Of a stretch of DNA of 64,000 nucleotides, positions 58,837-64,000 are shown piece after piece. The translations under genes were made by a program, and so were the position numbers. Source of the DNA: Eledone cirrhosa (taxonomy: Eukaryota); assembly GCA_964016885.1 (NCBI GenBank), contig OZ024745.1:131378001-131442000 (forward strand), given 5' to 3'. Below the pieces are notes generated by a model that was not told the DNA's origin, did not search any database, and saw nothing but the letters and a program-made list of their open reading frames with translations. Position 1 is the stretch's first letter; each line of letters starts with the position of its first letter.

Positions 58837-60783
58837 TTAAACTGTGCATAATGCATCTTATTCTTCTTTGTCCATTTATTTCTGGGAGGGTAGTGGGACT
58901 AGAGTCCTCAATCATGCCTTCCAGTTAGTCCTGTCAGAAACAACTCTCTCCAGTTGACGCAAAGTATAAATACATACAGCTCGTCACACCTGGCTAGAAT
59001 ATATGTAGCCTACTTTAGATGTTGTTTAGCTCGAGATGACTCCTTACCTAGCAGACTTATGTTCAAAGATGTTCAAGCAACAACCATTTGGTCATAGCTT
59101 TTCAGACTTGCTCTTCAATTTTGTGAAACAAATTACAAGGTGAGATAGGGGTGAGATTTGGCTGCTATTTCTGATAGGTCAAGCAGCCATGTAGCAGTTC
59201 CCTTATTGGTTTTACATGTTTTACATGTTGGTATTAGTAAGATAATTTTTGTAAAGTTAGATATTGCATACTATTGTACTTAATGTTTTTACAGCTGGTT
59301 TCTCTACCTACTCAATTATGAGGTAGTAGTGGAAGCTATCAGAAAAGTAATGTTTGCCTTGAGCAACCTCATAATTCATTTCTCACACTGGCAAAAAGTA
59401 ACAAATTTCAGAAAATTAGTATAACTGTTGATGTTAGTAGCATAAACTCCAGTATCAGTCCTAGAGGAGCGAAATATACAATGTTTGCAGTATTTGAACA
59501 CAGAATGATGAAACTAAATACTATTTTACATGTAGCTAATCTATCATTTCTACTATTTCATTGCTCGGCATTGACTCATAATTAATTCCATACAAAGGTC
59601 AAAAAAGTTCAGATTTATAGGAAAAGGGAAATAAAATGTGTTTTTTTTTTCATGCCTTTCTCATGGCATGTATGTCATAGTATGAAACAGACTCAGTAAC
59701 TGAAAACTTGGTTTGTTGAGAGCTGAAATGAAAAACCACTAACAAAAAACTCCTAGTTAAAAGCATATAAAGTTATAACATGCAATCAGTACACACTATG
59801 TTCAAAGGAAGTTGGACTACCCACATCTATATGTCACATGTAATCTCAGAAAGCAACTGAATGGTTTTTATGCCTAATTATTTTATCTGAAAATAATTAC
59901 CTTCCAGTCAACCTTAACCTATTTTAGAATGTGTTTAATGTAAAAAAGAGTCATTGGCCTTAATATCTTCCACATTTCATAGAGAATATGTTAAATAAGT
60001 ATTTTATTTAACTGTCAAAAGATATTAGATGGTAGAATTATAGTTTACAATGATGGATTCTTGATTCAAAAGGTTATGGTTTGGGTTATGAAAGAAGACA
60101 AAATATGAAAAGCAAAATTTGACAGCTTCTCAGAAAACACTGAAGGTTTGAAATTAGACAATTAAAAGGTTACATTCTTAGCCTTAGATCAGAGCTGTTA
60201 AAAAGTGTGTGTGTGTGTGTGGGGGGGGGGGGTATAGGGTTGGCATGAAAGCATGCATGTATGTTCACACACACTGGCATGAAAACATATGTTCACACAC
60301 TGTGTGTGTGTGTGCATTCCCCCTATTTTCAATGGTGTATCATCAGATTTAGAAATATCACATTTCAAAATGTTCTGAAACCTCCTGGAGCACCAAAGAC
60401 TGCCCTTCTTCTGTGCTTTTCCTGCAGATATTCAAACCAAGCATCAACCTGACCAGTTTGGGTGGGTCTATAAAGGTTATGAGTACATTTCTCTCTTCTT
60501 CTGACTAACACATACATACACAATTGTTGTTTTTGTTCTCATTGTCGTAATTCTACTTCTCATGCGGTCATGAGTTGGATACAAATTTCTGAAGCATTGT
60601 TTTTATGGCTGGATGCTTTTCCAAAATACCAACCAATTTAGTTGCCTCTTATAGCAGTTATGGGTTATATACAGTCTACCTATTCTAAAAGCTAGGAAAG
60701 ACATGGCATATATACAAATGTGTATAAATAAATATATATATATACACATATATATATGTATACACATGTATATGTATATATAT

Positions 60784-61125
60784 CATTTCATTTCATTTCA
60801 TTTTACGTCCACTTTTTCTCTGCTTGCAAGGGTGGGACGGGAATTGATTTTGGCTTGATTTCTACAGCTGGATACCCTTCCTAACACCAACCTCATTTTA
60901 CAGTGAGTGCTGGGTGCTTTTTTGCCGTGGCACCTCCACAACCACTTTGCAGTGGAATGATATGAACCCCAGTCCCTATCATCTCATTTCTACAGCTGAG
61001 TAAACTGGAGCAATGTGAAATAAAGTGTCTTGCTCAAGGAAACAACACATCACCCGGTCTGAGAATTGAACTCACAACCTTTCGATTGCAAGGCCAATGC
61101 TCTAACCACTAAGCCATGTGCCTCC

Positions 61126-61126
<1 letters not shown>
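60784..61126 (-). mobile_element. SINE family B, full length
   Basis: Reverse complement of 35333-35670. Confidence 0.95.
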
Positions 61127-61180
<54 letters not shown>

Positions 61181-61257
61181 TATATACACACATATATACA
61201 CACACACTCACACATATATACACATATATATACACACACACACACTCACATATATAC

Positions 61258-61298
<41 letters not shown>

Positions 61299-61301
61299 TA
61301 C

Positions 61302-61342
<41 letters not shown>

Positions 61343-61369
61343 TACACATATATACACACACACACATAT

Positions 61370-61438
<69 letters not shown>
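61127..61438. repeat. (TA)n/(CA)n microsatellite followed by (CAT)n LINE tail
   Basis: Direct inspection. Confidence 0.95.
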
Positions 61439-62100
61439 GTTTAACGTCCATCTTCCACGCTTGCATGGGTTTGGACGGGAGTTTTCCCACTTGAGGCAAG
61501 AGTGGTTGTCTTGCTAGTATAGGGCTGTCTGGCGGGTTTTCTACAGCTAGATGCCCTTCCTAACACCAACCACATTTACAGTGTGGAACTGGGAGGTTTT
61601 TACCGTGTTACCTACACGGCCACATTACAGCGTGGACTGTGTTTTTTTTGTTGTGACACCTACACGATCTCATTTGTTTCGGCCTGGATATTGTGGTACC
61701 AACATAACTTCACATTGAAAGGTGTGATGTGGAGGGGTGGGGGTAGTGGGACAGGGGTGTATTTTGTTAGAGGTGCCTACTGACTGTAGTAGGTTTTACT
61801 TTGTATTTAGGTAAGGCGGGTCTTCTCTATTACTGTGTAGCGCCAAAGGTCTCGGTCCAGTGACATTGTCGTGGAGAGGTGTAAGTGTGTGAGGTCGGAA
61901 TTTATCAGCTCGTCCCAGGTTTTTCTAGGTCTGCCTACTCCGTGGCTACCGTCTATTTTTATTGCCCTGCACTTTGTTATACAGCTGTCGTCTTTCATGC
62001 GCATCACGTGACCGTACCAACGTAGTCTTCTCTCGAGTAAACAACATCTGATCCCTCTTATCTCTAATTTCTCCCTTAGTTCGTTTATGCTTTGCCGTTA
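61370..62100 (-). mobile_element. 5'-truncated RTE LINE, same family as 47495-49380
   Basis: ORF 61807-62007 nearly identical to 48105-48422 C-terminus; single copy of the 112-bp UTR unit; long (GAT)n tail. Confidence 0.95.
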
Positions 62101-62103
62101 ACG

Positions 62104-62601
<498 letters not shown>

Positions 62602-62850
62602 CAGGTGCTGACGCGGCAAACTCCTTGACTCTACAGGCCTCCACAGTCTTTCTTGCCGCCTGAATGCCGGCCGTTTCGCGGGTCACACGGAGCTAAACCT
62701 CATCCTGAAGAGAGCTTTGGCCCGGGTGAACACCCCCTCAGTCTTGGAACCATCTGGGTTGTCCAGAAATGACCACTGACGGTCTTACCCTGTGCCCCTG
62801 GTCGAGAGGCAGGTGCCTTGTCTGGGACGTCACTGTTAGTCACTCTTTCC
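62602..62850 (+). mobile_element. CRE-clade endonuclease (zinc knuckle + RLE) fragment
   Basis: C*RGKLLDSTGLHSLSCRLNAGRFAGHTELNLILKRAL...PSVLEPSGLSRND / DGLTLCPWSRGRCLVWDVTV matches the CRE motif CxCG...H.LSC...RH..LN...EP.GL.R.DGKRPDG.T..PW..G..LVWD. Confidence 0.85.
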
Positions 62851-63070
62851 CACGTGGGTCATATATGAAATGATGCACCTTGTTAATAGCATGCACATAT
62901 ATGTGCATGCTAACAAGGTGCATCATTTCATGTATGACCCATTGTGTATCTTTATATGACTGTGTATATATCCTATTTGTGTGTATATATATATATATGT
63001 ATATATCTTTGTAGGCGTGCATGGGCCTGTAGGTGAATATGCGCATATTTGTAAGAGTGTATATGAGCCA

Positions 63071-63103
<33 letters not shown>

Positions 63104-63104
63104 T

Positions 63105-63147
<43 letters not shown>

Positions 63148-63154
63148 TGTGTGT

Positions 63155-63201
<47 letters not shown>

Positions 63202-63208
63202 TGTGTGT

Positions 63209-63273
<65 letters not shown>

Positions 63274-63283
63274 TGTGTGTGTT
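63071..63283. repeat. (GT)n microsatellite
   Basis: Direct inspection. Confidence 0.95.
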
Positions 63284-63864
63284 TGTGAGCGAGTCTGTAT
63301 CTGTGCCTGTATATGGGCATGTAGGCAGGCGTCTGTGTATGCGTATGTCTATGGGTTTTTTTATTTGTTCTTAAGTGTGTGTGTATAGCAGGAGTCTCTG
63401 CGTACGGATGTTGTTATCTATGTGATTGTGTGTGTGTGTGTGTCAGAGTGCGTGCGTGGACATGTGAACTACCAAACCCAGTAGTAATTCATCGAAGTGT
63501 GGCAGAAAGGGACAGCTGATGGTCAGTAGAATCCACACCTGTTGGTCAGATTTACGATGACGTAGAAAAGCAGCAGCCAATAAGAGGATGCGCGAAGAGG
63601 ATGTTTTTGAGGCTAACCCCCCAGTGAAGGAATTTGCTCCGAAATCATTAGACGTGTCCATCAAACCTGCAGGTCGAGAATCAGACAGATCCACACAATG
63701 ATCGCGTCTTGAGCTGTCCGCTGGCGAAACAATTGTAACACACAATAAATTGAGTTCAGATGCATCACTGATTTTTCGTTTTATACTATATCATACTCTG
63801 CTCTGTAAAAGCATAGAGTGCTCAACCGGCATACCGCCTATGGAAGCACCTTAGCTACCATCAG

Positions 63865-63927
<63 letters not shown>

Positions 63928-64000
63928 CATCATCATCATCATTGTTTAATGTCTATTTTTCACACTAGCATGGATTATGTTAATGGCCATATGCTAAAGA

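Overview
AT-rich, repeat-dense eukaryotic DNA with no protein-coding gene that I can support; it is intergenic or lies in a large intron. The repeat content (tRNA-derived SINEs with Meta-like, CORE-like and Nin/Deu-like central domains, abundant RTE LINE relics, long (TA)n/(CA)n/(GA)n/(CAT)n tracts) resembles octopod cephalopod genomes. That assignment is an inference from recalled repeat sequences, not from a search. All ORFs with recognisable protein motifs are decayed non-LTR retrotransposon pieces: RTE/Expander, RTE-X-like, CRE RT and endonuclease, an R4-like CCHC+PD-(D/E)xK domain, and a probable Tx1-like 3' end. The remaining long ORFs are translations of tandem repeats. Non-autonomous DNA transposons are also present: two TTAA piggyBac-like MITE families, Tc1/pogo/Tigger-like elements, and one hAT element with an intact 8-bp TSD. 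The most interesting signals are: (i) a (TA)n-embedded family of short elements with self-matched inverted arms (up to an ~87-bp near-perfect hairpin), plus a separate (TA)n-embedded element with a hammerhead-like motif, together suggesting Penelope-like elements; (ii) about a dozen young minisatellites, several traceable to single-copy segments of SINEs/LINEs in the same window, including a 5x amplified Pol III A-box and a 6x amplified Nin-like domain; (iii) an RTE LINE whose 3' UTR carries the same conserved domain as a SINE family; (iv) several template-switch or fold-back duplications; (v) a strict ATTA target preference of one SINE family. Family names are assigned from motif recall, and boundaries of decayed copies are approximate.
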